Below the pieces are notes generated by a model. It saw nothing but the letters and a program-made list of their open reading frames with translations, was not told the origin of the DNA and searched no databases. The position numbers and the translations under genes are program-made. Positions 12,444 through 28,400 of a DNA stretch of 64,000 bases are shown here, one piece after another. This stretch comes from Chlorokybus atmophyticus. Its lineage: Eukaryota > Plantae > Mesostigma and Chlorokybus algae. Where the stretch lies: the NCBI GenBank assembly GCA_009103225.1, contig RHPI01002907.1, forward strand, positions 15,283 through 79,282, in the 5' to 3' direction. How positions within the stretch are numbered: the first letter of the stretch is position 1; each line of letters opens with the position of its first letter.

Positions 12444-15400
12444 TCAATCGACTGTACACAAGAGCGACACGCCTCGCAATATCCACTTGGACGGCGGGTC
12501 TTCCGACCTCAGATCAAAGTTTGCCACAAAGTGTTGTCCCGTGCGCGCCTTCACCCTATACGTCGGGCACGAGTACTGCTGATCCGTGCGTTTGTTCGTC
12601 GCCAACACACCCGTGACATACAACAACGGTAGCGCACAATACAACTTCTTCGGCTCGGGATCCACGAGTCTGTTCTCCTTTGCATTCCATGCACACCCAT
12701 CGAGATACAACCCGTACACGTACACGCCCTCATTGGGCCCCTCACGCAAGTTCTCCACCTCTTTGGCTGGGAAAGTGACCTCAGATGCCATCACAACATC
12801 ATCCAAAGCCCACTTCTCCGCGGCGTGCTTGCGCGCCACCTCTTGCTTCATCGCCGTGAGGAAACCTTGCGGGTTGAAGAAACCCGTGAGCCAAAAGGCT
12901 TTGGGTCGACCCGTGTTGAGCCACCTGTTCAACTGGTCATAACGTTGGAGCAACCCGTTGAACCACACGCCCAACGCGCTCGCATCCCAACTCTTGGCGA
13001 GCCACGCTTTGGGTATGCGTCCATCAAACAACGCATCCAATGCGTCTATGAGAGTCCCACTCAAGGCTATTGTGCCCGCCACAGCCAAGCGCAGGTTCTT
13101 TAGGGATTGTGTGCACATGTTGATGATGGTGTTGAGACGGTCGGTCTCCTGCTTCAAGTGGACATTGAGGGGAGCGTTGAGACTGCCAGGAAGCTTCTTC
13201 AGCTTCTCCTTTGTGTCCTCCACTTTGAATGGAGGCGGAACCTGCAAGGTAATGTGTACACGCCTTGAGCACATGGATGGCTGTAACCATTATGCTTGCA
13301 CACCGCACCCTATTCGGCATGCACGTGTGCGTCTGTGCGCGCACGCGCATTTGCACACACACGTGTGCATGTGTGTGCGTGTGCGAGGGCGTGGGTGTAT
13401 GTGCGAGTGCTGCTTCTCTCACCTTGCTGAGGAGGTCTTCGGCTATCCGGTCAACTGTCTCTTCCCTCGAGAGTCCCGTTGACGAGGACGCATTCTTGGG
13501 CTGCGTGTCAATTATAGTATTGAGTGTCTGCTGAACCTGCAGCGTTCGGAAGGTGAGGTCCGCGTTGGAATGCAGTCCAAACAGCTCCGGTGACTCTTGT
13601 CCGGGTAGTGCATCAATATGTGCTCTGATATGCACAATATCAGCATTGCCGGGAGGGACAGTATAACCCGCATGAAGCTCATATCCGGCCACATTGGGTC
13701 CCCTCTCAGTCACGCCCGCGTGGAGGTATTGCTCAGCATACGTGTTCATGAGGAGACGATCATAGTCATCGGTGATACGCCCGCCGTATTGTATCTCCGC
13801 CACCATGTATCTGACCGCAGTCCACGTGATAACGTTGGACCTCTTTGCATCCATCTCATTGAGGTGGTTTTGTAGGAACTGCACGCTGGCGGCTAAGTCC
13901 GAGTGGTTGAACTCGTAGGGTACATTCCAACCGATTGGACCAAACTTGCGTCTCTCTTGCACAACAGAGTGACAGAAACACGCCACGAAGAGTAGTTGAC
14001 GCCATTCGGGTCTTGGCACACCGTCCAACATGTCCTGAGACACCCACGCGTAGCTCGACTTGAGACCCGCGCGTATCCCAACGGGCGCTTCATTAGTCAC
14101 TTTGATACTCATTTGCAGCAGTCCAATAGGAAACTTCGGGTGCGGCTCAGCTGTAATCCAGAGCCTAAACTGTTCATGCACGTCCTCGGCCTTGAGTAAG
14201 AATTGCTCCACTTCAGCCAAGTAGCCGAGACCCAAATGTGTGTTTTGCAACAACACCCAGTTGCCTTCTTGGGTGGCTGTGGCCATGTACTTGCGCGCGA
14301 TCACCTCCTGGCCCTGACCCATGCTCACACCCAACACCTTCACCTTCTTGCGCTTAGCCAAGTCCTCGATGAGCTTCGTCGGGTCCGCACCCGCAGATAA
14401 CAAGCAGATGAGAGGGGTCTTAGGGCTGGACTCGGCCCACGTAGCCTCCATGTTGAGAGGGATGCTCTCCACATACCTCGCACCAAGAGCTGCACCACAA
14501 CAACACATCAACATCAAGTTCACCAACACTATTGATTGTCATCATTCGATTCACTCACCATCAGAGATGAAGTCTGTGGCGGTGATGAGTGTCCTGTCCT
14601 CGCGCATGGTACGCACGAGTAAGAGCCGCTCCCACTTGGCGTTCTTGGTGTTGCCTCCGCCACCGAGGTTGCTCTCAAGGTCGGGCACCTTCGCCGTCTC
14701 AGGCGCCTCCTGATCATACCTGAAAACAAAATGCATTATTCACCTATATGTTACCTATATGTTACCTATATGTTGGAGACACACGCCCCCACCCACACAC
14801 ACGCCCACACACCATTGTCTCCACAGTCCGTCGCTTCTCGCTACACTCTCCGGCAGGTCATGGAACGCGTTGATGTGCGCTGAGAGTCCGAGCACGCCCG
14901 TCCACACGGCGTCGGGGATCCACTCTTTGGGCTTCTTGCGAGGGACGACCGCCATGCCGCCGTCGGATGCGACGGGGATGGAAGCTGCACCCCGCAAGAA
15001 GAGAGAGACCTCGCGATCGGAGATGACCTGATGGAAAGCAGGAGATGTTGGGTCAGCATGTTGTATGGACAAGGAGTTGACAAACACATGCATGCGTGCA
15101 CACATCCACATGTACAAACGCGCATGCACACATCCACATGTGCGCACACACGTGTATGCATGCACACGCCCACGCACACACGCATACACACCTTGGCCGA
15201 GACGAGGATGCGCATGGCGAGCATGAGCGTAAAAGTAATCTTGTGTCGTTCAAACAGCCCCCGCTGTACATACTGATACATCAGGAACGTCATGTACTCT
15301 ATGATGTTGTTGATGCGTTTGCTTGGCATGGCCGCCTTATCGGATCGATCAATGGCCGCCTCATACAGCGCATTGAACTGCCTGAGTGACGTTTGATACA

Positions 15401-18400
15401 TCACATTGACTGATGAGAACTCTGCGATGAGAGAGTAGATGAGAGTGGCGCGGTGAGCCACGGGTTTGTACTCCTCACACGCCTCGGTGATTTTTCTCTT
15501 AGTGTCATTGGCGTTGTTGAGCTTCTCATTGACGTCTTGAGCTGTTTGCTTTGTCACCGCCAACACATCAATGAGCTCTGTATCATCCAACAAGTTGCCG
15601 GTAGACGTGGATAGCCGATACAACAAGTCATCTTCCAACTGTTTGATCTTCTTCTTGTACGTGTTGACATCTTCCAACAACTTCTGTCTCTGCTCTTCCA
15701 ACTCATGCTTCTCTTTGAGTATCAACTTGTTGAGTAGTTGGTCCTCAAGTCCAACAGCAGTCACACGGAAGTCAATCACAGCCACCTTTGCAGAAAGCTC
15801 CGGCGTGTAGTGCGGGTTGGGTAAGCGTGTTGTCAAGAAGAGTCTGAATGTGTCGGTGTAGTCCACCTCTTTGCCATCAGCAAGAACAATCTTGAACCCA
15901 CGCGAACCCGCACGCATGATACGCTTCTCCAAGACAGGATCAAGAATAGGGTCAACATCCTCCTCAACATTCTCAATCAATAGTGGCTTCCCGTATGCCA
16001 AACAATCCTCCAGATGACTCCTGAACTGTTTATCATTGAAGGAAGTAATCTTCAAGTTATTGGCCTCTTCTCTGGCTTTAATCCAAGCCAACCCTTGACC
16101 CTGCGGGTCCACTAACAAAGGCCATCTCTGTGACCTTGTCACAATGATCCCATTCTGGATAGATAAGTCATCCATAGGTAGCCCTTGTAAGGTCCACTCT
16201 CCCACTTCAGCGTCTTCAACAAGGAAGCGCACCACATCCAACTTGGGTGTGGCAGGTAGGAGTGATTGTCCACCTTGTGATGATGCAGGTAGGAAGTCCT
16301 TTGCTAGTAGCGTGTCACGAGCCTCTCTATTGAAGGGACCCAAGTATGATGCGAAGGCTGATGCAGCTGCGCAATCAGCAGGGAGTCTATCAATAGTTGT
16401 CTCGAACTCTTTGCTCTGCGCAGTCCAGCGTGTCTCTTCACCCGACAACGCGTGTATCAACGCATTAGCAACATCCATCCTCCTTTGTGTCTTCTCAGCA
16501 TCATCTTCAAGCCTTTGCTTCTCCTTCATAGCGCCATCAAACTCAGCTTGCATCTTATCAAGTCTGGCTTGAACCACAGCCATCTTCTCTTCAGCTTCAG
16601 CCAGCTGTCTGTTAGCTGCCTTCAGCTCAGCTTCAGACTCGTGCAGCTTGATGATCTTTGGTTCAACCACTTTGGCCACTTCATGGTAGGTACACATGGC
16701 TTTGCACCATGAACATAGTCCAGCAACGTTGCCGGAGGCCTTTTTGGCGGACTCGTAAGTGAAGTCGGGAGCGGAGAAGTAAGGGAGGAGGAGCTCGACG
16801 GTCTCGTCGTTGATGGACTCCTTGGGGAAGTGGACGAGAGAACCCAGGAAACTGATCTCGCTCATCATCTGTGCACAATGTGTGGTGAGTGCGTGCGTGC
16901 GTGTGCGGGTGTGTGCATGGGTGTGCATGCATGAGTGTGGGTGGGAGTCACATGTGTGCGCGTGTGTGTGCGCACACATGTCTGCATGTGTATGTGTCTT
17001 TGGGTAAGTGCAAAGTTTCTCAATTCAGGTACTGAGAGCCCAATGCACACACATCAACAATGACCATGCGTGTTGTTGAAGCCGAATGCACCATCTGTAT
17101 GCTCAGCTGACCTGCAGCGCAGTGGAGTACGACGCCTGTATCGTCATGACCCCCTTCACATCCTCATACGCGACTCTATTCAGCGGCCACATCTTCAATA
17201 TCAAGCACGTATCAAAGATCCTCTTCACAATATCCGGCGGGTTCTTCAGCTGCTTCAGCGTCCCGATATCCTTGGCCGTGATGGACGAGAGTGCGGCAAC
17301 GGCCTCGTCTAAAGCGGGCTTGGCGGCGGCGAGGTCGCGCTCGGCCTCCTCCTTGGCGGCACCGATGCGGGAAGCCATGGACTTGGCGGAGGCGGTGACC
17401 ACGGCGACCTTGGCCTTCTCCTTCTCGGCCACGGCGGTGGAGGCGGAGATCTCCTTGAGGAGGGACTCGGTCACCTGCGTGTCGTAACGGATGTAAGCCC
17501 TTGTTGAGACACAACCACACGTGCGCGCGCATAGGCACACGGCCGCAGGCATAGGCACACATGCGCATGCGCACACATGCACATACACACGTGCACGCGC
17601 GCGCACACATATGCACGCTCGTGTGCGCGTCTACGTGCGTGCATATGTGCACACACAGAGACAGAGAAAGCACCAGCGACCCTACCTTCTGTGCTGCTGC
17701 GAGTTCCTTGTTCTTCGCATCGAGATCAACCGTCATTCTGTTCACATCCGCCTTCGCCTGAAACAATTTCGCCAGTCCCGAATTGATCTTATCCGCGAGC
17801 TCTTTGGTCTCCGCATACTTCTTCGCATAGAGCACCTTATACCCTCCAATAAAGCTCAGATACGATTTGGGCGTGACGTACACATGTCTCCGATACTTCT
17901 CATAATACTCTTTGGTTGCAGCCGTGACAGCTTCATGTACATGACTCATGTGGTTGATGAGTTCTTCCTTGACTTCACTGTTGGCAACCTGCATGGGGAA
18001 GTCGTCCAACAACTTCTGTGCCACGGCGTGTAACGCATCTCTCGGCCACGGTAGGAACCAATCGATGGTGCATCCGTTGATCAAACCCGGGAACTGCATC
18101 GCTCTGCGTGAGAAGCGATCCCCAACGGGACTAAAACACAACACGACGTGCAGGTTGTCGCGCACGCGGTTGAGGAAAAACTTGTACAGGTTCTCGTACG
18201 TGTCCACCTCGTTGGGAGCCACTTGCTTCATCACTGGTCTCATGTCATTGACTATCATATCGATCTCATCTTTAGGGAAGAGTCCAGCCACTTCACCCGT
18301 CATAAGCATCTGGTTGATGTATTCTAAGAAAGACTCTTCTTTCACGTCCGCATCAGTGAAGATGAAAGCAACAGGTTGGCCCTTAAAGCCAGCCACTTTG

Positions 18401-20971
18401 TACAACCCTTTGATGTCTTCCAACAAGTTGGTCACGCCGTACGTCTTTGTGATGGCAATCTGGAACACGTATGCGCCGGCGATGTACGCTGCCAACCGCG
18501 TGAGAGATTGTTTACCCGACCCGCCCACGCCAACAAGTAGCGCACTCCCTCTCTCCATAGCGAGTATGCGTGATATGCGCATGATGTGGGTGAGCGCATC
18601 ATGGAAGAGCACCAACTCGAGGCGTGATGATGTGTTCCCGCCGCTCGGACGCTCGTTATATTTCACTTGCAGAGCTTCAACACGTGTCTTCAAGTCTGAT
18701 ACAGACCCAACAGCTTCATAGTGGCTGGGTCTCTCATCAATAACAACACCTTCCGCATCCACGACGGGTTCACGCAAGAAGTCCACAAAGTGAACAGACT
18801 CATCTCCAGCAATCTGTCCTGCCAATTCAGCTCCGTACGCCTCTTTGCACAAACTCATGATAGTGTTTGTGACCCACAGCTTGTCTTCGGGTGTTGTCAA
18901 CTTATCCGCAAACACGCGCTCGCACTCGTGTCGCCACAATGCGAGTAAGTAGCCCTCGGGTGAGGTCACGGGCGTGTTGGGGACACCAACACTTGATGTT
19001 GGGGCCTTGTTGTTGAAGCGGTCGGGCTCGGCGAGGATAACACCCTGAAAGACACGCGACAAGTCGCGCATGTTGAAGAGGTAGTGAAACTTGGCTGGAG
19101 TGGGCAACATCTTTGCAGCCACCTGCACATTGTTACAGTTGGTTAGTTGGTGGTAGCGATACTGGAACACCGTTATACCATGACTTTGTGCAATGTTAGT
19201 GTTGCTGTGTGCCATAGTGTTACTGTGAGGTGTCACTTGCACACCATACAGTGACACTATGTGTGTGGTGTGCAAGTAACAGTATTGCACTATTGCATAC
19301 CGCACATGCACAAATGGTGCCTGATGCAATATTTATCACATGGAGGGGTGTCGTGTGTGTGTGCGTGCGTGCGTGTGTACGTGTGTGTGGTGTCATTGTA
19401 ACACTACTCACCTTATTCCAGAGTGTGATTGTGGTGGGCACCAGTTTCTGCGCCACATTGACCAATCCCTCTCCAAACTTCTCTCTCTCAAACCTCCCTT
19501 CCATCAGTGCTCCGAACACATTGTGTATGGCGGCGTTGGACGGCAGCGGCACGCTCCAGATGGCGAACTGGCGCTTCAGTCGGTTGGGGACGTCGTTCTT
19601 GCCGCCGCCGGGGGCGTTCATGGCAGAGAGGTAGCGGACGTCCACGATGTTCTTGAACTCGCCGGGCTTGTCGAGGTTGTAGAAACCGCCCTGAAAGAAG
19701 CAGTCAGTGTGTGCACGTGTGCGTGCAGGCGCGTGTGCGCGCATGCATGTGTGAAAGCACGCGTGTTCGTTCTTTAGCAATGTATGCATATGCACGTCTG
19801 CTTACGCAAGTGCCATTGTACATGTACATGTGTGCGTGTGGGTATGTTGGCACGCGAGTGCCTGTGTATGCTTCATTGACACAACACCCAACTGACGCAC
19901 AATCACACATGCCTTTCCTTTCTCTCGTCCCCACCCACACCCACCTGATCCAGCAGCTGCCTCACGATCTCATTCGTCACTTGATCTCCCCACTCATTGA
20001 TCGCCGGCATCGATATATCATCAATGAACACATTCATCCTCTTCCCTCCCGGCGGTCCGAACGTCCGACCCTGCCGCTTCTCCATCGCGGCCTCGATACC
20101 GCTCTGGAAGATACGGGGAGTCGTCAAAGAACTAAAAGTGATCGTCTTGGTGGAAACCTCGTCGGGATTGACCTTGGCGAGGAATTGCATCACGGTGGCG
20201 GTCTTGGCAGTTCCTGTGGACACAGATACACGCATACGCATCAACATGAGTGTGCATCGTGGCATCTATGACAGAGTGTGATGCACACGCACACGCTCAC
20301 ACACACACGCGCGCGCGCACTCGCACACGCACACGCACACATATGCATGCGTGCGCACACATGCACATGCACACATGTGCGCGCGGGCGCGCACGCAGTA
20401 GCAAGCGTGCTAGTGAGACACAACATCACACAACAGTACCATCTCAGACACACATACAGAGTGGGATAGTTACCCGGGCCTCCAACAAGTAGTGCTCCTT
20501 TGTTCGACAGTGACGCCAGCGTGAGTAAAAACTCATACCGAACCGAGTCCAGTGTCGGTATCAGCATCGACGCAAACTTGGGTCTCTCTTGCGCTCTCGG
20601 GTACTCCCACTCCGGCACTCTCTCCTTCCAATGTTGCCACGCCGTGGTCTCGTCGTTCACAACGTACTCATACATCGTCTCTGAGTTGTTGTCTGCGTCA
20701 AGCTCGGGCATGTTGTCGGGTGCGAGGCCACGCAAGTGAGAGTCGAAGCGGGAACGGTCCTCGCCGGGGAGTAAAGCGCCGATGGACCACGCCACGCAGA
20801 AGAGGAACACGCGCTCGTAGTGACCATCGCCCAACAATTCACCACCCTTGACGACGGTCTCAAGACACGCCGTCAACAATGTCAACAGTGTGGACACCTG
20901 GTAGAGATACAACATGTTGGGTCAGTTTGCACAGATACACGTACAGATACAACTCTTAGATACACAACATG

Positions 20972-21025
<54 letters not shown>

Positions 21026-24000
21026 GTGTGCTTGCCTGGCATACGTCCTCTGTCAACATGATGTTCTTGCAGTTCATCTTTGTGAAGTCCAGAGCGGATG
21101 CCACAAACTTGTCGAAGCACGGCCTTAGCAGCGCTGCCTCGGCAGGCCTAAACAACACGACATAAGCAAAAGTCAAACAAAGGTCACCTCCTGCATGTGG
21201 ACATGTTGTGTCATGATCAACATGTTGCTTCTCACCTTCGTGTCTCAAGCCAAGACTGTGCAACAGGTTTCCACCCGAGCTCACTCTCCGACACATATAT
21301 GATGCCCGCTCGTGACACGGTTGCCGGCGATGCATTTGACAAGTTCTCCGGCTCGAATATCGCCTTCATCGCCGATATCATCGGTATGCGGTCTCCATTC
21401 GCCAGCGTGAGCACCTTATTGTCATCAAGAACAGTATTCAAGTTCTCGATCCAGATCGCATCAACGGGTCCATCGAGCACGATCCACGTGTTCTGGTTTC
21501 TGGACTTGGCTGCTTTTCTCCACAACACGGCGAACACGCCATCGGTCCAGTCTCCCGTGACTGAGTCCAACTTGCCGAACATTTGTGGGGCGGTGAGGGC
21601 CTTCGGGTTCATGCGCCACACGACGTGCTTGCCTTGACCGGCGTCGCCCAATGCAGAAGCGAGACACTCGATGATGGCGGTCTTGCCGGAACCGGCGGGA
21701 CCGACCAACATGATGCCGTGACGAACCTAAGCACAACACATATGCATAAGCACCAAGCTACCATTGGTTGTGCACAGTGTCATGGGTTCTGATGCTAGTG
21801 CCAACAGCATGTGTGTCTGTGTATGTGTGCACGCGCGCGCACGCGTGTGTGGGTGGTTGGGTGAGCATGCAAACATGCGCGTGTGCGTGTGTTGATGTGT
21901 GTGCGTGTGCTTGCATCCTAGCACAGTGGCACCTCGCAGAGAATACTTACTTGGTAGGTTTCATAGAGTTGGACGCATTTGCCAAGCCATGACGGGTGTG
22001 CCTGTAGTCCTCTATCCTTGACTTGTTTCAACAAGGCAGCCTCAACATCAGGAAACGTTGCCTTGTCCGCCTTAATACTCGGGAAGAGATCATCAATGAG
22101 AGACAGGAAGAGTGGCACATCCTCAGCAACAAACTTGGATAGGTTCATGTCACGCAGCGTTCGCATGATGAGGAAAGTCTCAGACCTATCCGGGTTCTTA
22201 CGCTTCTGTCCACCCGCCGCACGCAAAACTGAGAGAATGTTTCTCAACCCAAAGTCGTAGTGTGGTTGTTTGGACAGCTGCTGTTCACACAGAGCGTACA
22301 ACACGTTGAACTTCTTCGCCAACAACTCGTTCTCCTGGTACCCGCACGCTGCCAGCTTCACCTTCATGATGATCTGCCTGTTGGGAACCATCATAGTCAC
22401 ACCTCTGAATAGACTCTTGAGGTTTTCTGGCAACTCTTGTCGACCCGCATAACCCGGGTTCATTGTAATAAAGAACCCAACACGCGGGTCCATCGCCGTT
22501 GTGGTCCCGTCCGTGAACACGAAAGAGGTGCGTCTATCGCGTATAGCCGACAGGATGCAGAATAGTTGCTGGGCGCACACGGACAACACGTCGAGGTTGA
22601 TGCGGTTGAACTCATCAAAACAACCCCACAGGCCACTCTGCGCCAACCCTTTGTATATCTTCCCCATACCCTTGTAATCCATCTGGTCCGAGCAGTTGAA
22701 CACCACAACAAATTTACCCAACGTGGACCCGAGGTCCTTTGTTGTCTCGGTTTTACCCGTGCCAGCGGGACCCGCGGGTGCGCCACCCAGATACATCCCA
22801 AGTGCTTGTGACAGCGTAACATAGCACCTATCTGTTAAAGGCGTGATGACGAGTCGTTCCTTGACACCTAAGTACTCGTAGCTGTACTCGAAGTCCACAT
22901 CGGCGATGGATATAATGACGGTGCTTCTCTCCTCTCTCCAATAAAACCGACACTGTTTCAACCACTCGAAGTCTGTTGGTTCCCTCACCTTCTTCTTGAC
23001 CAACTCTTCAAACGTGTCACGCTGATGCACGTGGACGGTCACGACTGTCTCCACGTTGGTGCGGTCATTGCGTGACAACTCGCGTGTGGTCAAAGCCACT
23101 AAAGACCTCAACAACCCATCCACCTTCTTCATAGTCTTGGCCATGATGCCTTTATCAGTCTTGGCGCCAGCTAAAGCCAGCTGTGCATCAGCAGTCCATT
23201 GGAATTGTATACCCAACAAAGCCACTTGCGCCGGGTATTTAAACAAAAAGTCCTCTACGGGGATTGCATTAACCTCCCCGTGTGCACGCTTGATCACACT
23301 CTTCACAGTAGTTTGCATCTGATCCACCATCTTCTTCAACCAGTCTTCAATGTTGCCTTGCGCTTGCACAGGTGACTCGAAGGCCACCTTCTCACCCTGT
23401 ACAGAGTGCATCTCTGTCATCTTAGTCTTGTCTGTCTTATCAAAAGTCACCGCTGATACAGCGTCAAACAATCCCGATTGGAAATGTGGTTGTACGGCTT
23501 GCGGGTCGGACCCGAGAGAGAGTATCTCCAACAATGTTGGGTCTGATACAAAGTAGAAGCGCGGAAAGTCGGCCCGCTTAGTCTCAAGATAGGCCGATAA
23601 ACTCTTCTGGCATAGCTCGAGTTGTTCGATAAGGTGTGGGAGTAGATTCTTCATGAGCTCGTTGCCGTAGCACGTTTGGACCACATTGCGGACTTCAAAG
23701 GCACTCGTGACGATCTTCATGTAGTTCTTGTCGATGTTCTGGAAGCGTTTGGCCTCCGCGGGGAGTTGTTTTGCAATGTCGCCGCCGGAGAATACGGCCT
23801 CCATGTACATCCACATGTTCTGGACCTGGAGCCACATCTCAATGATCTCACCGACGGTGGAGAGACGAACGATCCAACCGTTCACATCATCACGGAAGGG
23901 AGCCGAGAACCTGCAGAAAATATTTGTGAACACATGAACTATATAAACCTACAGCGGGCACAACAAAGTCCATAGTTGCAACATCATGCGCACGCGCACA

Positions 24001-25394
24001 CACACGCACGCGCACACGCGCACGCGCAGAAGTGCGCGCACACGCACACAGTCACCAACCAGACCAATTGCCAACCTGTTTGTCGCCATGGACCCGAGTG
24101 CCATCTGCGAGTCCTCAAGTCTCTCCACAATCTCCGCTGTCTCAGCGCCCTTCAACACAACAGGTCCTCTTCCCTTATACGTGTTGAACGTGAGCGACAT
24201 ATCTGCCCACTCATCCGCGATGGCCTGCAGCTTAGTCTCCACCTGTTCTTCTTTCACAGCAGCATTCGTGAGCTCTTCTATCTGTTCCCTGTTGGGTAGC
24301 AAGTCCAACTCCAACAAGTGACCCAACTTCAACACGTCCTCGGCCAGGTTGAGTTGTTTCGACGTCACGTGCATGAGCTGAAGCCAGTGTCTGTTCCTCA
24401 TGGCTTTGGATGAGAGTTGTTGGAGTAGTGGCAACACTTCTAAGAACTCGTCGATGGTCTTCTTGCACACGCTGTAAGCTTGCCAGTCGCGTAAAGCTTT
24501 GGGAAGTTTCTTGCATGAAGCTTGGAAGGCGTTGACTTGCTCTGTCATGCTGTCGATGTTGGCAACAACGTCCACCCAAAGGATGTCGGCATAGCCGTTG
24601 ATCGTCGTGATCACGTTCACGTACAAGGAGTAGAGACGGTCCAACAACTGAAGCTCCTTCTCCGTCTTCTCAAGCTCAGGATACTGACAGATTTAGTTGT
24701 ATCAGCACGCATGTTGTGTACTTTGCAAGGCATCTTGTGACATCGTCATTATCACACGCACACACACGCACACGGACATGCATGAGCACGAGCACAAGTA
24801 TAAGCACACGCATCTCTCTCCTCACCCTTGTGATTGCCAAGCCGAAAAGCTCCTCGCCGCTCGTGTAGTTGTCCCACTTGCGTTTGCGCAGCTGAACACC
24901 CACCAAACCCAACATATTGTCATTATGGGCAACATACACCGCAACAAAGCACAACCACCAACAAGCAGCATACCTCAAACTGAGTTTGGAACTTCTTAAG
25001 GCGCTCCACAGCCTCCATTGGCGCGAGTCCCGGCACCATCGGCCCGTTGTTCTCAAAGTCGGCTCGGAAGGATGCGGCGTCCACCACGAAGAGTTTCACC
25101 TCTTTGATGAGCTCGCGCTTGAAGCCGACCTAAGAGAGGAGTATGTATGTGTACACGCGTGCAGATGAGACAATGTGTGTGGAAGTTGGCAGTGGAGGGG
25201 CCTCTCACTTGTAGACGAGCGAGGTTGTCAGCCACGTCGTTGGCAAGCTTGAGGAGTTTCTTCCAAGAGTAGCGCAGGTCTCCAACCTGATACAAGACAA
25301 GCATCAAGAGGGTATACAAAGCAACTCCTTTTTATGCACACACGCACACGCACGCACACAGACACACACGCGCGCGCGCGCACGCTTGCACACA

Positions 25395-25433
<39 letters not shown>

Positions 25434-28400
25434 ATTGCCACATGCTCTGACCTGGTCTGTTTCTTCCTTTGCCACGCGCACTTCATACCGCAGAAGCAGT
25501 GCGTACATCTCCTCTATGGGTGTCATGCGCGTGTCGATCTCCGCCTCCATCTCCCTCACCTACACAGCATTTGAGGTGTGTAAACCACAAAACAACCAGC
25601 ACACACATCAACATATGGACACTGCATGTACCTCCTTAAGCAGTGCCATGACTGCACGGACGTCTTCCAAGTCCTCAATCTGCCTGCCCAGCTTCATACC
25701 CGTCTCGCGCATGTACATGTTGAGCTTCTTCAAGTCCTCCAAACCTTGCTTGTGCAAATTCTTGGCAAACTACACAGGTATAGGAGTGAGTACACATACA
25801 TACGTGCACACACAAATATACACATTGTCTACCCACCTGTGCCTTCCACGATGCAGCTTCAGCCTTGAGTGAGTACTTCATCGGTTGTGTCTCAAGTGAC
25901 AATGCTCCAATGTTATGCACGGGTGGTATCTGCGCTATCTCCTGCTCCAAGTCCATATACTTTCTCAACTCGGCTTCAAACGCTTCGATCGACGGGTTCG
26001 TCGACATGAACTGCGCGTACTCGGCTTGCAAGTCTCTTTTCCAAAGGAAATCATACTTGGAGAAGGTTGAGATATAAGTCGACACTTGGTTCTTTGCGCC
26101 TTCGATTGAACCGGTTAGGAGTAGGACTGATTTAACTATCTCCTTGTCGGCTGCGATGAGGTCGTAAAAGGTCCCGCGTGGACCCGACGTGGTGTTGATG
26201 CCGTCGATACCCCACGCAGCCAACTCGCTGCTGCAACGCAACACCTTCTTGGCTGTGGTGTTGATAGCACCCTAAAGCACACATACACATCATTGACACA
26301 TCAGTTACACATACCCACCTAAGTGCACCTTGCATCTGTGACTGCTATCTCCTTACCTGTATGTCTTCCAAGCTTGGGCTCATGCTGACATTAGGTATGG
26401 TGAGCTCCACATCCACATCAAAGAACGGCCTCTCCATAAACAAAAACCCGCCCGATACACGCGAACCCAACCGCTTCTTCATCGCATTGAAACTACTCTT
26501 GGTAGCCGCCAGAATAGCCTATGAGAGAAAGAGAGTTACTATCAAGCATGAGTCACAAGTATAGTCCACATGTAATGTACCGCTCACCTGGTACATGAGT
26601 TTTGAGTAGTGCTTTCTCAGGCGTGCCACTTCGGTTTCTGATATGGGCGTGTCGTTGTTCTGTCTCGGGTAGGTTGCGACGAGCGCGACGAGGTCCACCA
26701 CCGCGCGCTCCACCTCGGCGTTGCGGACCTGGAGGGACTCCGTCACGCGCTTGATGAAACGGCCCTGCGCGGGGTGGAAAGAGAGTCAGGGGAGAAGGAG
26801 GAGATGAGGTTGGGTGTGTGAGTACCATGTGTGTGTATGTGTGCGTGCGCGCGCACGCACGGGTGAGTGCACATGTAGGTGTGCGTGCGTGTGTGTGTGT
26901 ATGCGCGCGTGCTCGGACACAATTGAGTGTAGCTGTATGTGCATGCGTATGCGTGTGTGTGCATGCATGTGCGTATGTGTGACCTGGGTGGAGACGAAGT
27001 CCTCGAACGTGAACGATCGGTCCGGCGGCAGTTCCACTAGGAGCGTCTTCGATATCGCTTTCAAATTTGCTTCAATCCGGTTATCCACAATATCATTAAT
27101 CTTTCGTATCAGCTCCTCCAATCTCGCCAACCCATTATGTATCCGATGCAGATACCCGTCGATATTCATACTCGTCCATGTCAGAATATACATCCCGGGT
27201 TGTATCTTCTTATCGAGATCGTCCAGATGCGGCCCGAGGAGTGGTTTTACTACAGGTAGGATACACCCAACAACACGGTCGTACTCCTTCAACGCGTAAG
27301 AGAGTTGGTTGTAGTAGTGCTTGAACTTGTCTTCTTGGAGAAGAACCATCTTGGCGCTCTCGGGAACCTCGATGCCGAGACGCTGCAGGTACTTGGTCTC
27401 GCGCATCAACTGGAGGATGTCGCGGTCGAAGTTGACGAGGAGGACACCGGACTCGGGATGACGAACTATCAGAGTGGCCTGTGATGCACACACAGATGTG
27501 GCCAGGTCAGGATAAGATAAGGCAACACACACAAACAGACAAGCATGCACATGCACACGTGCACGCACGCACGCAGACTCGCATACATACTCATGTGCAC
27601 ATACGCGCACGCGCATGCGCACGCACGCACGCCACCCCTCCCCCACACACACAGACACAGATTCAGCAATACACACCTGCAGTCCTGCTTTGGCGTTCTC
27701 GATGGATCTGATCCACGCCTGATGCCACAGCGTTTCAAACTCGATAAGCGCCCGTGCCACACGATTGTACGTCTTCACAATCCTCTTCGACTCCTTCGTA
27801 GCCATAATACTCTTGTTGGTGGCAAACTTCTTCATCGGCTCCTCGATGCGTCGCAGCAGCTGGCGTGCCCACATAATGTTGCCCGCCACGGGTGGCGCGT
27901 TACGCACGAGCGGAGGCGAGTGCTTATACTTCTCATAAATGCGCTGAACAGCGTCCAAATCAAGACCATAGTTCCTGAATATGACCATATACTTGTCATC
28001 CAAGTCTGCTCGCAAAGACTCTCTTTGAAGAATAGATTGGAACTGTCTCAGCAAAGCCAACGCATGAGATGTGCTGGTGATATTCTCGAACGAAGCGTTG
28101 ATAAAGCCCTGAAGTGCTGTCTCCAAGTCATGTATGTTGACATTGAACTCCAGGAAGTCTCTGTCAAACTGGTTCTTCATGTAGTCCAGTAGATCATACG
28201 GCTTGCGTTGGAAGTCTTGTATGATGGCAAAGAAGCTGGAGATGAGGTCTTGCAACCCCTCAATGTGGTGCGTGTGTTGCGCGAGTGTGGTGAACTGATG
28301 CACCGTCGTGAACATATCGGTCAACTTCGCCACGCGCTTGCAGAAGAGATCAAACTTGCCAAATATCTTCTGCTCGTTGAAGTCAAACTGTTTCCCCTTT